From assembly GCA_910578965.1 (NCBI GenBank), contig CAJTSP010000002.1, positions 1 through 62,477 of the forward strand: a stretch of 62,477 bases of DNA, in the 5' to 3' direction. Shown in pieces: positions 44,175 through 54,011 of the stretch. The notes beneath the pieces are model-generated. The model saw nothing but the letters and a program-made list of their open reading frames with translations, was not told the DNA's origin and made no database searches. Positions within the stretch are counted from its first letter, which is position 1; the number at the start of each line of letters is the position of its first letter. The position numbers and the translations under genes are program-made. The stretch is from an uncultured Oscillospiraceae bacterium (GTDB lineage Bacteria > Bacillota > Clostridia > Oscillospirales > Ruminococcaceae).

Positions 44175-45170
44175 TTATCCCTCCTTCCCGATTTCCCGGC
44201 GAAAGGCATGCCGCACCGCCAGAAACAACAGCACGATCACACCGGCAGCGCCAGCATAATAGGCCGACGAAACAGCCTCCCCAAAATAGGCGTTTTTCAG
44301 GCCTATATAGACATGATAGAACGGATGATATCCGATCCAGTCAAATTTGATTGACGTATTGGCAGATAAAAACACGGGGGTCGCAGCGAAAACAGCGATG
44401 GCCAAATAGGCCAGCGTAAATTGCCGGAAGCTTTTCAGCAGCAGGGCGCAGAGCAGACCTACCAGCGCCATCACAAGCGAGAGGAACGCTGTCTGAAGCA
44501 GTACCGCGGGCAGCACCGCCGCCCCGTCGGCAGGCCCTATGTTCAGCAGGGTAAGCAGCACCGCAAAGGCAAGGTCACAGAGCAGGAACACCGCCAGCTT
44601 GGACAGCAGGAACAGCTCTTTTTGCAGCGGCAGGATGGCGTGTACACGGATGACCCCCATGCCTTTTTCCTTAAACAGGACAGCAGCAATCCCCAAAAAG
44701 CCCACGGCGGCCAGCTCAAAAAACAGCAGCTCGCAGGTGATCTCTTTGCGTGCCTTTTGCTCCGGCGTATTTGTGCCAAGCACCTCCGGGGTACGGCCGG
44801 CCGGGGGCCGCAGCAGGGACAGGGCATAGTCCGCCCGATGTTGGTCGATATGTTCCGCCCCCGCATAAAGCACCACCCGCACGGCCCCGGTACCGGCGTC
44901 CAGCCCCACGCCGTTGGCATCAGCCAGCAGGGCGGCGTTCATAGCCTCCAACGAGGGCACCTCCTGTACTATGGGCTGCTTTTCCTCCTGTGTTCCGGCC
45001 GGGTCATACAGATATACCCGGTAGGGCTCCATCTGCATAAAGCGGACATAACCCAGGTTCACATAGGCTGTATAAAGGATCAAAAAGCCCATCGCCATAA
45101 GGAAAAACCTGCCTGACGCCAGCATCCGGCAGTCCTTTTTAAGCAGGGCGCAAAAGCCTGTCCCCATCAT
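44175..45170 (-). CDS. ABC-2 family transporter permease
   Basis: 331 aa, same topology as its neighbour. 4-nt overlap with the ATPase gene. Confidence 0.7.
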   Translation of the reverse strand: MMGTGFCALLKKDCRMLASGRFFLMAMGFLILYTAYVNLGYVRFMQMEPYRVYLYDPAGTQEEKQPIVQEVPSLEAMNAALLADANGVGLDAGTGAVRVVLYAGAEHIDQHRADYALSLLRPPAGRTPEVLGTNTPEQKARKEITCELLFFELAAVGFLGIAAVLFKEKGMGVIRVHAILPLQKELFLLSKLAVFLLCDLAFAVLLTLLNIGPADGAAVLPAVLLQTAFLSLVMALVGLLCALLLKSFRQFTLAYLAIAVFAATPVFLSANTSIKFDWIGYHPFYHVYIGLKNAYFGEAVSSAYYAGAAGVIVLLFLAVRHAFRREIGKEG

Positions 45171-46015
45171 CCCAGCCCCCTGCCTGTATACCGGATAAAC
45201 ATATCCTCTAAGGTCGGCTCCTGGGAGTGGATACTGATGATCTCGTCGTGGGCAAAGGGGATACCCGCCTCCAACTCCGGCGCCCCGATGGTTTTTGTTT
45301 TCCGCTGTCCCCCGACCAGATAGTCGATCACCACCCGGTGGTTGCTGTTTTTCTCTTTCAGACGTTTAGGCGTATCCAGGGCCGCCAGCCTCCCTCCCGA
45401 GATGAAGGCCACACGGTCGCACAAAAGATCGGCGTCCGCCATGTTGTGGGTGGTGATAAAAACCGTCGTGCCCTTTTTGCGCTCCTGCTCAATGATTTTT
45501 CGGAACAGCACCGCGCCGGAGGGGTCAAGGCCGCTGGTGGGCTCGTCCAGGAACAGCAGCCTTGGATTGCTGACAAGAGCCCGGGCCATACTCACCCGCT
45601 GGCGCATCCCCTTGGAGTAGGAGGACACCGGCTTTTTCCAAAAATTCGGTTCCAGGCCCAGCATATGCAGCAGCTCCCCCACGTCCCGCCGCTGCCCTTT
45701 GGGATAGAACGAGGCAAAATAATGCAGGTTATCTACGGCGCTCAGATTGGCGTAGAGGTAAGGGAACTCAAATAGGACGCCAATCTTCTCCAAAAACCCC
45801 TGCCCATGGGCGGCAGAAGCGTCCTGCCCAAACAGGGACACCTTTCCGCCGTAGCCTTTCAAAATCCCGGTGAGGATTTTTTGTGTCGTAGACTTCCCCG
45901 AGCCGTTCGGCCCCAGAAAGCCAAAAATTTCCCCGTCCTCCACGGTGAAGCTCAGGCCGTGGAGGGCCTGCTTGCCCTTGCCATAAGAAAACGTCAGGTC
46001 TTTGGCCTCGATCAT
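45167..46015 (-). CDS. ABC transporter ATP-binding protein
   Basis: GPNGSGKSTT, YSKGMRQRVSMARAL, LFLDEPTSGLD. Confidence 0.9.
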   Translation of the reverse strand: MIEAKDLTFSYGKGKQALHGLSFTVEDGEIFGFLGPNGSGKSTTQKILTGILKGYGGKVSLFGQDASAAHGQGFLEKIGVLFEFPYLYANLSAVDNLHYFASFYPKGQRRDVGELLHMLGLEPNFWKKPVSSYSKGMRQRVSMARALVSNPRLLFLDEPTSGLDPSGAVLFRKIIEQERKKGTTVFITTHNMADADLLCDRVAFISGGRLAALDTPKRLKEKNSNHRVVIDYLVGGQRKTKTIGAPELEAGIPFAHDEIISIHSQEPTLEDMFIRYTGRGLG

Positions 46016-46158
46016 TTGTCATCGCCCCACCTTCCGCACCGGCCTTTTTCCTGCTTTCGCCGGCGCCTGCCCCACCATTTCATAAGCCCGACCTTTAAGG
46101 GGATGGCTATGGCCAGTGCCGCAGCCAGCCACCCGTACCGCGCTAAGCCCGAAAACAT
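46012..46158 (-). CDS. unannotated 48-aa membrane micro-protein, translationally coupled to the ABC ATPase
   Basis: Manual translation: MFSGLARYGWLAAALAIAIPLKVGLMKWWGRRRRKQEKGRCGRWGDDK. AAGGAGGG RBS 6 nt upstream. The stop TGA overlaps the ATPase ATG (ATGA). Too short for the ORF track. Confidence 0.55.
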   Translation of the reverse strand: MFSGLARYGWLAAALAIAIPLKVGLMKWWGRRRRKQEKGRCGRWGDDK

Positions 46159-46244
46159 AAAAACCCTCCTTATCGAAAATGATAGGGATAGTTTATACGG
46201 GCAACGTGAAATTGGCGTGAGGCCGCTGTGAAGCTCGGGTGAAT

Positions 46245-46709
46245 TTATGCCTCCGCCTGCTGTTTTTTCTGTTTCCAGACGGTGGCCAAAATGTCCTTCA
46301 GCACCAGGAAAGCATCCAGCTCGCTATAACCGGTTTCCTGCCTTAACTCCTTAAGCAGCACCTCCAGCCTTTTGGCATAGTATTCCACATCCACCTTCTG
46401 ACGATAGGCCAGCAAAACAGGGAACCTTTTACCCCAAGCCTTTGCCCAATCAATCTTATCCTCCAGGTCGGCAGGGGTCCGCTCGATGGCCTGCTGAATT
46501 TCCTGAACATCCATGTCAAAGTCGATCAGCTCGTCTAAGGACAGACGGTACAGCAGGGCCATTTGTTTGGACTGCCGTATATCCGGGAGCGTTTCACCGG
46601 TTTCCCACTTGGAAACGGTCTGCCGGCTTACCCCCAGCTTTTCCGCTGCCTGTTCCTGAGAAAGGCCGCACCTTTTCCGCGCCTGAAACAGGCTGTTTCC
46701 CAAATTCAT
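46245..46709 (-). CDS. XRE-family HTH transcriptional regulator
   Basis: ORF 46245..46823; internal ATG at 46709 with AAGAGGTG RBS. ARKRCGLSQEQAAEKLGVSRQTVSKWETGETLP. Confidence 0.85.
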   Translation of the reverse strand: MNLGNSLFQARKRCGLSQEQAAEKLGVSRQTVSKWETGETLPDIRQSKQMALLYRLSLDELIDFDMDVQEIQQAIERTPADLEDKIDWAKAWGKRFPVLLAYRQKVDVEYYAKRLEVLLKELRQETGYSELDAFLVLKDILATVWKQKKQQAEA

Positions 46710-46801
46710 AAGCCGCACCTCTTTCTTTTTGGAATGTCTCCAGTATAGGCAATCCCAAAGAGGAAATCCACCAACACAAGCTTGCAGTTCCGCACGGTTT
46801 T

Positions 46802-47890
46802 TTAACAAGGGCAGGCTTCGCACCCCTCAAAGGGAAGGGAGAACCAAAACCGGACCCCGTCGCCCAGGTTTTCTGATCCGTACGCAAAATTCTGCATGGA
46901 CAGGATCTGCGCCACAATCGACAGCCCCAGCCCGGAACCGCCGTACCCTGCATCGCTGCCCCGGTAAAATTTTGCCCATATTTTGGATAGGTCTTTTTCC
47001 GGAATCGCCCGGCCCTGATTAAAAACGGAAAAATGCAGCATCCGGGCCCCTGCCGCCAGCTCCAGCCGCAGGATACCGCCGGGGACTACATTGTTCTTGG
47101 CGTTGACGAGAAGGTTCTCTAAAACCTGCTCCATGCGCCGCCGGTCGGTACACACAAAAGCCTTTTGCTCCGGCAGCTCATATTGCAGCTCAAAACGGGT
47201 GCCCGGGGCATCGGCCAAGAGCCGCCCAGCCACGGTTTCCACCAGCTCCACGAGGTCGAACCGGGTAATATGCAGGCCTGCGGCCCCGCTTTCCAGCGCC
47301 GATAAATCCAATAGGGTCACAAGCAAACCGTTCATGCGCTCCGCCTCGCAAACAATCACCCGGGCGTATTTCTGCTTTTTTGCCTCCTCTGTTTCATCCT
47401 GCAGGCCCTCGGCATAAGCCCGGATAATGCCCAGCGGGGTTTTCATCTCGTGGGACAGGCTGTCTACCAGCTCCCTGCGCTCGGACAGCAAAAGGCGCTC
47501 CCTTTCCACATCCCTTTCAAGCTGCGCATTTGCGGCCTCAAGGCGGGCAAGCGCCTGCTGCAGGCTCTGCGCCATCGTGTTCAGGCTGGCGGCCAGTTCC
47601 CCAAACTCGTCTGCCGACGCCAGGCCGCAGGGGGCCGAAAAGTCCAAAGCAGCCATACGCTTTGCGCAGGCGTTCAGCGTAAAAACCGGCTTTGTAATAA
47701 AACGGCCCATAAAAAAGTCGACCCCTAAAACCAGCGCAAGCAAAAAGGCTGCCCAGATCAAAAAGGATACATCCTCGCCAACGGGCAGGCTGTTGCACAG
47801 TACATAGGAGGCTACCAGGGCGGCCCCTGCCAGCTTGGACAGCATGAGGAGCTTTTTGCGCACGGTAGAAAGCGAAAGCCATTTCTTCAT
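46802..47890 (-). CDS. sensor histidine kinase (intramembrane-sensing type, HAMP-HisKA-HATPase)
   Basis: Two TMs with a very short loop. H-box SHEMKTPLG, N-box LLVNAKNN, G-box GSGLGLSIV. Confidence 0.9.
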   Translation of the reverse strand: MKKWLSLSTVRKKLLMLSKLAGAALVASYVLCNSLPVGEDVSFLIWAAFLLALVLGVDFFMGRFITKPVFTLNACAKRMAALDFSAPCGLASADEFGELAASLNTMAQSLQQALARLEAANAQLERDVERERLLLSERRELVDSLSHEMKTPLGIIRAYAEGLQDETEEAKKQKYARVIVCEAERMNGLLVTLLDLSALESGAAGLHITRFDLVELVETVAGRLLADAPGTRFELQYELPEQKAFVCTDRRRMEQVLENLLVNAKNNVVPGGILRLELAAGARMLHFSVFNQGRAIPEKDLSKIWAKFYRGSDAGYGGSGLGLSIVAQILSMQNFAYGSENLGDGVRFWFSLPFEGCEACPC

Positions 47891-48552
47891 ACGGCCGCCT
47901 CGAATTTGTAGCCGGAACGGATCAGCGTAACAATATGCCTTCCCTCATCCCCCAACTTATGCCGCAGGGTTTTGACATGGGTGTCTACGGTGCGAGTCGT
48001 TCCCTCAAAATCGTAGCCCCAGACCCGGTCTAAGAGCTGCTGACGGCTGAAAACCCGCCCGGGGTTTGCCATAAAAAAGGCAAGCAGTTCATATTCCTTA
48101 TGGGTCAGCGTAAGCTCCAGGCCATCCAGGCAGGCCGTGCGGGCATCGGGCCAGAGCGTGATCTTGCCGGCGCTAATCCCAGGAAACACGGCGGCGGAAC
48201 GGCGCAGCAAAGCATTTACCTTTGCCAGCAGCAGCCTAAGGCTAAAGGGCTTTGTGATATAGTCGTCTGCACCGTAGTCATAGCCTTTCAGCTTATCATC
48301 CTCCGCGCTTTTAGCGGTCAGCATAATGATCGGCATACTGCTCTTTTCCCGGGCCATCCTACAAACCGAAAAGCCGTCCAGGTAGGGCATCATGACATCG
48401 AGGATCATCAAATCCACGGGGCTGTTTTTGAGAACGGCCAGGGCATCCACCCCATCGTCGGCCGTAAGGCAGGTATGGCCGCCTTTTTGTATATAATCCG
48501 CAAGAATATCCTGCAGGGCCTTTTCGTCTTCGACAACAAGAATATTTGCCAT
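47887..48552 (-). CDS. OmpR-family response regulator
   Basis: Receiver domain (ILVVEDE, DLMILDVMMP, K in LTAK) plus a winged-helix C-terminus (RVWGYDFEGTTRTVDTHV). Confidence 0.92.
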   Translation of the reverse strand: MANILVVEDEKALQDILADYIQKGGHTCLTADDGVDALAVLKNSPVDLMILDVMMPYLDGFSVCRMAREKSSMPIIMLTAKSAEDDKLKGYDYGADDYITKPFSLRLLLAKVNALLRRSAAVFPGISAGKITLWPDARTACLDGLELTLTHKEYELLAFFMANPGRVFSRQQLLDRVWGYDFEGTTRTVDTHVKTLRHKLGDEGRHIVTLIRSGYKFEAAV

Positions 48553-48635
48553 TGTATCCGTCCTTTCAGCGGCTGCCTTGTCCCGATGTTTTCGTATTGG
48601 GCGCCCTTGTCAAGCGATGTTTGCAAAGAAACAGC

Positions 48636-48672
48636 AAAAACGCCGGGCCAAACGCAGAGGTTCAGCCCGGCG
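48636..48672 (-). terminator. intrinsic terminator after nanA
   Basis: Arms cgccgggc (48641-48) and gcccggcg (48665-72), followed by a minus-strand T5. Confidence 0.6.
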
Positions 48673-48788
48673 CTCTTTTCCCTTTTGCGCCTCGCCGCAT
48701 TTGAGGGGCGCCGCCGTTTCGGAGGCTTTGGGCTGCCTGCCCGCCGCACCCGGCCCGCCAATACTTTGAGCCGGCGGCCCGGACAGAC

Positions 48789-49700
48789 TTAACAGTATTT
48801 TGCGACGGCGGCCCCGATCATGGCCGCGGCCTCGTCCACAATGGCCGAATCGGCTGGGGCAAGGTTCGGCAGCGGGGCGCGCACCCCGCCCGCGTCCGGC
48901 CCGCCGGTGCGCCGCAAAATTTCCTTCATCACGGCGTAAAGGTTGCCCTTGGCCTCGCACATCTTGTAGATGATGCGGCAGCAGTCGTTTTGGATAGCAC
49001 GGCCCTTTTCCATCTCGCCGGCTTTATAAGCGGCAAAGATGGCCAGATACAGCTCGGGCATGACGGCATAGGTGCCGCCGATGCCGCCGCCCGCGCCGGC
49101 CGCAAGCCCGGAAAAGAGCTGCTCGTCCGGCCCGTTGAACACAAACACGCCGGCGTCCCGCCACATCTGGATGTCCTGCACCGGCATTGAGGAGTTTTTC
49201 ACGGCGACAACCCGGGGGTTTTTAAGCATCTCGGCGAGCAGCGGCCCCGAGAGGGCCACCCCCGCTAACTGCGGGATGTTGTAGATGACAAAATCGGTGT
49301 TTGGCGCGGCGGCCGAAATGTCGTTCCAGTACTGGGCGATGGCCGCCGGCGGCAGGTGGAAGTAGATGGGCGGGATGGCGGCAATAGCGTCCACCCCAAG
49401 GTCTTCGGCATGGGCGGCCAGCTCGCGGCTGTCGGCCGTATTATTGCAGGCCACATGGGCGATGACGGTAAGCTTGCCGCCTACCTCGGCCATTACGTTT
49501 TCGAGCACGGCCTTACGCTCGGCCACGCCCTGGTAGATGCACTCGCCAGAGGAGCCGCCCACATATAGGCCCTTGACCCCCTTTTGCAGCAGCCAGCGCG
49601 CCATAGCGCGCACCGCCGCAGGGCTGATCTCGCCGGCCTCATTATAGCAGGCATAAAACGCGGGGATAATCCCCTCAAATTTCGACAGTTCTTTTGCCAA
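48789..49700 (-). CDS. nanA: N-acetylneuraminate lyase (DHDPS/NAL family)
   Basis: ORF 48789..49754. GLYVGGSSGE and VAVKNSS (Schiff-base Lys region). The AAAGGAGGG inside the 5' end favours the TTG at 49700 ((M)AKELSKFEGIIPAFYA). Confidence 0.8.
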   Translation of the reverse strand: MAKELSKFEGIIPAFYACYNEAGEISPAAVRAMARWLLQKGVKGLYVGGSSGECIYQGVAERKAVLENVMAEVGGKLTVIAHVACNNTADSRELAAHAEDLGVDAIAAIPPIYFHLPPAAIAQYWNDISAAAPNTDFVIYNIPQLAGVALSGPLLAEMLKNPRVVAVKNSSMPVQDIQMWRDAGVFVFNGPDEQLFSGLAAGAGGGIGGTYAVMPELYLAIFAAYKAGEMEKGRAIQNDCCRIIYKMCEAKGNLYAVMKEILRRTGGPDAGGVRAPLPNLAPADSAIVDEAAAMIGAAVAKYC

Positions 49701-49802
49701 GCATAACCCTCCTTTTGCAATCATCCGACGGCCGCCCCGCACCCGGCAGGGCATTGGGCAGGACGGCCGCCCGGGTTTTGGTTTTCCGATTTTGCGCGGG
49801 CC

Positions 49803-50255
49803 TTAGCGAAAGCGCACCTTGAACACCGCCTTGCGCACGGCCTGGGGCCCATCAAGGCAGATTTTGATCCGGTGGGCGTCCTCGGGGAATACCACCAGGA
49901 AATTGCCGGGCAAAAGCACCAGGCTTTGGGCCGCCGTGCCGCGGTAGGCATAAAAATCCGCATTTTCCTTGCGGTCAAACTCGGCCAGGGTATCCGGCGG
50001 GGCAAGCTCCACCCGCTCGCAGCCCTCGAGCATGATATGGATGTCGAGGTAGTTTTTGTGCGCCTCAAAAAAGGTATCCTCCAGCGGCAGGGTCTCGTAG
50101 GCAAAGCCGGTGACGTACACATCGCTGCCGGCAAGCTCCTGCCTTTGGCCGATAACCGCTGCAAGAAACTCCGGAGTAATCCTGGACAGCGCAAGGTCGA
50201 GGTTTGGGTGAATGCCCCGGTAGTTTGCGGCGGCAGCGTTGGGAGCAAAGATCAT
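49803..50255 (-). CDS. YhcH/YjgK/YiaL (DUF386) family protein, NanQ-like sialic acid anomerase/epimerase candidate
   Basis: 150 aa. FFEAHKNYLDIHIMLEGCE and FPEDAHR cupin-like motifs. nan-locus context. Confidence 0.7.
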   Translation of the reverse strand: MIFAPNAAAANYRGIHPNLDLALSRITPEFLAAVIGQRQELAGSDVYVTGFAYETLPLEDTFFEAHKNYLDIHIMLEGCERVELAPPDTLAEFDRKENADFYAYRGTAAQSLVLLPGNFLVVFPEDAHRIKICLDGPQAVRKAVFKVRFR

Positions 50256-50267
50256 ACGGCCGCCCCC

Positions 50268-51155
50268 TTATCCCTTGACCGCGCCCATGGTGATACCCTG
50301 GGTGAAGTATTTCTGGAAGATCAAAAAGACGATGATAATGGGCACCGAGGCCAGCGCCGCGCCGGCCATCAAAAGGCCAAGATCGATGCTGGTTTCGGCC
50401 TGCAGGGTGGCGATGCCGAGCGGGATGGTAAAAAACTCGCCGCTGGCCAGCATAATCAACTGCATAAAGTAGTCGTTCCAGGAGTTGATAAAGGTAAAGA
50501 TGGCCAGCGCGCCGATGCCGGGCTTAATCATGGGCACCACAACGGTGGTAAAGGTTTTGAGCTCGCTGGCGCCGTCGATGCGGGTGGCCTCCAAAATTTC
50601 GCCCGGGATGCCCTCACTGAACTGTTTCATTAAAAAGACGCCAAACGGCCAGCCCACCGTAGGGAATATGACCGCCCAGAGGGTATCATAGAGCTTGAGG
50701 GCCGACATTTCCTTAAGCAGCGGGATGAGGATAACCTGCTTGGGCAGGGCCATGGCGCAGATGATGAGCGAGAACATGAACACCCGCCCGTTGAACCGCT
50801 TTTTAGCCAGGGCGTAGCCGGCCATGGAGGCGGTGGCGCAGGTGAGGATCATAGCCATGACCGACATGAAAACCGTGTTGATAAGCCAGCGGATGGCTGC
50901 GGGTGCGTTGGGCCCGGCAGCCCCGAAAATGCGGAAGAGCGGGGCCGAACGCTTGGCAAACAGCTTGGCAAAGTTGTTAAGGGTCAGCTCGGTGGGGATG
51001 AACACCGGGGTAACCGAGTTGATGTCCTGCCCCGTCTTAAAGGCGCCGGTAACGATCCAGTAGAGCGGGAACAGGAATAAAAAGGCCAGGATGATGAGGA
51101 TCACCGTTGAGACGATACGGTAGGCGCTGATGTTTTTCTTTTTCATACGGCGCAC
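50268..51155 (-). CDS. carbohydrate ABC transporter permease
   Basis: EAA loop EATRIDGASELKTFTTVVVPMIKP. Confidence 0.9.
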   Translation of the reverse strand: MRRMKKKNISAYRIVSTVILIILAFLFLFPLYWIVTGAFKTGQDINSVTPVFIPTELTLNNFAKLFAKRSAPLFRIFGAAGPNAPAAIRWLINTVFMSVMAMILTCATASMAGYALAKKRFNGRVFMFSLIICAMALPKQVILIPLLKEMSALKLYDTLWAVIFPTVGWPFGVFLMKQFSEGIPGEILEATRIDGASELKTFTTVVVPMIKPGIGALAIFTFINSWNDYFMQLIMLASGEFFTIPLGIATLQAETSIDLGLLMAGAALASVPIIIVFLIFQKYFTQGITMGAVKG

Positions 51156-51159
51156 CCCC

Positions 51160-52053
51160 TTACTTTTCTTCGGCCAGCTTAAATTGCAGTGCGCTCAACG
51201 CGCCAATAAAGATGGCAAGGATAACCCCCATCGCATTGGCATAGCCAAAGTGGCCGGACTGCTCGGTAAGCTTAAAGGCCGTGTAGTAGATGTAGTACAT
51301 CACCGTGTTGGTACCCGAGCCGCCCGAGGTGAGCAGTTGGATGAGCGCAAAGCACTGGAAGGAGTTGATGGTGGTGATGACCAGGATGTACAGGGTGGTG
51401 GGCATCATCTGGGGCCATTTGACCCGCCAGAAAGCCTGCATGTCGGTAGCGCCGTCCACCTCGGCGGCCTCGATAAGGGTCTGATCGACATTGCCCAGCG
51501 CCGAGACGTAGAGCACGATGGGCTGGCCCACCGAGGTAGTAAAGAGGATGAGGATAATACACCAGAGGGCGGTTTTGCTGTCGCCCAGCCAGTTGATGTT
51601 TTTGTCAATGACGCCAACACCCTTGAGCACATAGTTAAAGATGCCGTAGTAGTTGTTGTACATCCATTTCCAAACAACCGTAACGGCCACCGAGCCGGTG
51701 ACCACCGGCAGATAAAAGATACACCGGAAGGCCGAGAGAGCCGCGCTGTGCATCTTGTAGATAGCCGAACCGACCCAGAGCGAAAAGGCGCAGACGGCCG
51801 GCACGCTGACAATCACGATCAAAAAGGTGTTGCGCAGCGCCTCAAGGAAGGTAGCGTCCTGCCAGAGCTCCACAAAGTTTTTCAGCCCGATAAAGCTGCC
51901 CAGCACCGACTTGTCGTGCATATTGGCATCGGTAAGGCTGGTAAGGATGCAGATAACCATGGGGATGATAACAAACCCCGCAAAAAAGATAAGGCTGGGC
52001 AGCATAAACAGGTAACCGGCAATGTTCTCCCGGCGCTGTAGCGCCCGGCTCAT
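51160..52053 (-). CDS. carbohydrate ABC transporter permease
   Basis: ORF 51160..52122 (GTG). ATG at 52053 (MSRALQRRENIAGYLFMLPS) is typical. EAA loop EAAEVDGATDMQAFWRVKWP. Confidence 0.88.
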   Translation of the reverse strand: MSRALQRRENIAGYLFMLPSLIFFAGFVIIPMVICILTSLTDANMHDKSVLGSFIGLKNFVELWQDATFLEALRNTFLIVIVSVPAVCAFSLWVGSAIYKMHSAALSAFRCIFYLPVVTGSVAVTVVWKWMYNNYYGIFNYVLKGVGVIDKNINWLGDSKTALWCIILILFTTSVGQPIVLYVSALGNVDQTLIEAAEVDGATDMQAFWRVKWPQMMPTTLYILVITTINSFQCFALIQLLTSGGSGTNTVMYYIYYTAFKLTEQSGHFGYANAMGVILAIFIGALSALQFKLAEEK

Positions 52054-52209
52054 CTTGGTGCCAGATTGTGTTGCCAAAGATAACACCCCTTTCGACGAAA
52101 AGCGGTTTTGCAGCAAAGCCACCCCATAAAGCGCCCTGCGGCCCCCAAAGCAGACGTAAAGCGGCCTTTAGGGCGAGCAGAGGAGGTTGCTTTTATGTGG
52201 CGCTTCTGC

Positions 52210-52251
52210 AAAAAAGCGCGCCCCTCCCCGCGCAGCGCGGGGAGGGGCGCG
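52210..52251 (-). terminator. strong GC hairpin + T-run between the binding-protein and permease genes (intra-operon attenuator)
   Basis: 16-bp stem (52217-32 with 52236-51) and a 3-nt loop, followed by a minus-strand T6 (plus-strand A6 at 52210-15). Confidence 0.7.
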
Positions 52252-52292
52252 TTCCCTTTTTTAGAAAAGCCTGTAGCCTAAAGGCTGCGCAA

Positions 52293-53651
52293 TCAGCCGG
52301 CCGCAGCGGTATTGGCGTTGGCAGCGTACTCGGCCACAACGGTGGCTACGTCGGCGCCCTCGCCGACCTTCTGGAGCATGTTCCACCACTCGGTACGCGC
52401 GCCGGCCCAGCCGGTGGTAACCTGGTAGTAGTCGCCCAGATGAGGCATAAGTACCTGGTACTCGTCCATGATCTCGTTGTCGGCCCAGATGGTGGAAAGA
52501 TCGGTGCCCTCGGCCGCAGAACGAACCGGGAAGTAGTTGGCGGTCTTAACAGCCTCTACGGTGTGCTCGCTATCGCACATGTACTTAATGAACTGCTTGG
52601 CAGCCTCGATGCGGCCCTCGTCGCCGTTATCAAACACGCCGAAGCCCCAGATGCCGCCCTGCAGCTTGGGCTTGCCATCCTCAGAGGGGAAGCCCATAAA
52701 GACGATTTCCTCGCCGTTCATGGTGAGCCCCGCGCCGGTATCGGCCGCGTTGGGGTTGAGCTGCTGGGCAATGTTCCAGCAGAAGGCCATCTTGAGGATG
52801 CCCTGGTAGAAGAGCGCGATCTCATCGCCGCCGGCCAGCGAAGCGTCAAAGTTGATGCCGGCCATGCTGGCAAGCTGCTCGAGGGCCTGCACGTTCTTGG
52901 GGTCGTCCCAGGTGTACTTGCTGTGGGCAGCGTCGGTAAAGGTGCCGCCGTACAGGTTGTTCACCAGCGCGCGGGTGCCCTGGTCGCCGCCCTGGCCTGC
53001 GCAGTAAACCGCAGCCACATCGCCAAACTTGGCGTTCAGCAGCTTGACCGCCTCGATGAAGTCCTCGGTAGTCCAGGTGTGGTTCTCAAGGTCCAGCAGG
53101 CCATCGGCCCCGGCCTCCTTAAAAGCATCCAGGTTGACGGCCATGCAGTGGGCGGTCATAACCAGCGGATACTCGTAGCACTCGCCGGCGGCGTTAACGC
53201 AGGCGCTCATAACCGCCTCGTTGATCTCGCCCTTGTCGGTAGCGTCCAGCATATCGCTCAGATCAACCATGTAGCCGTTGGCGCCCCAGTTGGCAACCAG
53301 GCGCTCGGGGCCTTCCATGACCAGGTCGGGCGCATTGCCGGCCGTGATGGCGGCATTGACCTTGTCGTCGCCGTCCGCGTAGGCCAGGTACTCGACCTTC
53401 ACGGCAATGCCGGTTTCGGCGGTAAAGGCATCGGTCAGGGCCTTGACGGCATCCTCCTTGCCCCAGTCGCCGATGGGATAGGTCCACAGGGTGATCTCAG
53501 AGGCGGCAGCAGGGCTGCCGCCTTCCGCAGGTTCCTGCGGGGTGCTGGCTGCCGGGGTGCTGGCCGCCGGGGTAGAGCTTGCGCCGCCGCCGCAGGCTGC
53601 CAAAGACAGCACCATGACGGCTGCCAGCAAAAATGCGAGAATCTTTTTCAT
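52293..53651 (-). CDS. extracellular solute-binding lipoprotein of the sugar ABC transporter (probable sialic acid binding)
   Basis: Lipobox LSLAACGG and a Ser/Thr/Pro/Ala linker. 452 aa. GGAGGAAAACAC RBS. Confidence 0.88.
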   Translation of the reverse strand: MKKILAFLLAAVMVLSLAACGGGASSTPAASTPAASTPQEPAEGGSPAAASEITLWTYPIGDWGKEDAVKALTDAFTAETGIAVKVEYLAYADGDDKVNAAITAGNAPDLVMEGPERLVANWGANGYMVDLSDMLDATDKGEINEAVMSACVNAAGECYEYPLVMTAHCMAVNLDAFKEAGADGLLDLENHTWTTEDFIEAVKLLNAKFGDVAAVYCAGQGGDQGTRALVNNLYGGTFTDAAHSKYTWDDPKNVQALEQLASMAGINFDASLAGGDEIALFYQGILKMAFCWNIAQQLNPNAADTGAGLTMNGEEIVFMGFPSEDGKPKLQGGIWGFGVFDNGDEGRIEAAKQFIKYMCDSEHTVEAVKTANYFPVRSAAEGTDLSTIWADNEIMDEYQVLMPHLGDYYQVTTGWAGARTEWWNMLQKVGEGADVATVVAEYAANANTAAAG

Positions 53652-54011
53652 GTGTTTTCCTCCTTTGTTTCATTCGCCTGTTTGGTGTTGTAAGAAATAG
53701 CGTGTTCCCATGAACAGATAGTACTAAATTGTGTGCAAAAAGTCAACACTTTTATGAAAGAAATTTTCAACAAAAGGGTTACAGGATTTTTATTTGCGGA
53801 CATGTTCTTTTTTGAAGCTTTTTTCCAGCGCCGGGGCCGGCTCCCAAAAGGGCGCTGGAGCGTATGGACCCCGGCGGCAAATCGGGCCGCAGGCCGGGCG
53901 CGGGCGCGCCTGCAAAGGGGGCCGCAGGCGCGCTTGTAAAAGGCTGTAACGGCGGCCAGGGGCATCCATTCCAGCGTTGGGGCCGGGGCCATCCGCTGGG
54001 CGCGCATCCAA

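Noticed and set aside
52068-53693. 541-aa plus-strand ORF opposite the solute-binding protein gene
   Set aside because: Antisense shadow. The minus-strand frame has a lipobox, an RBS and a binding-protein layout.
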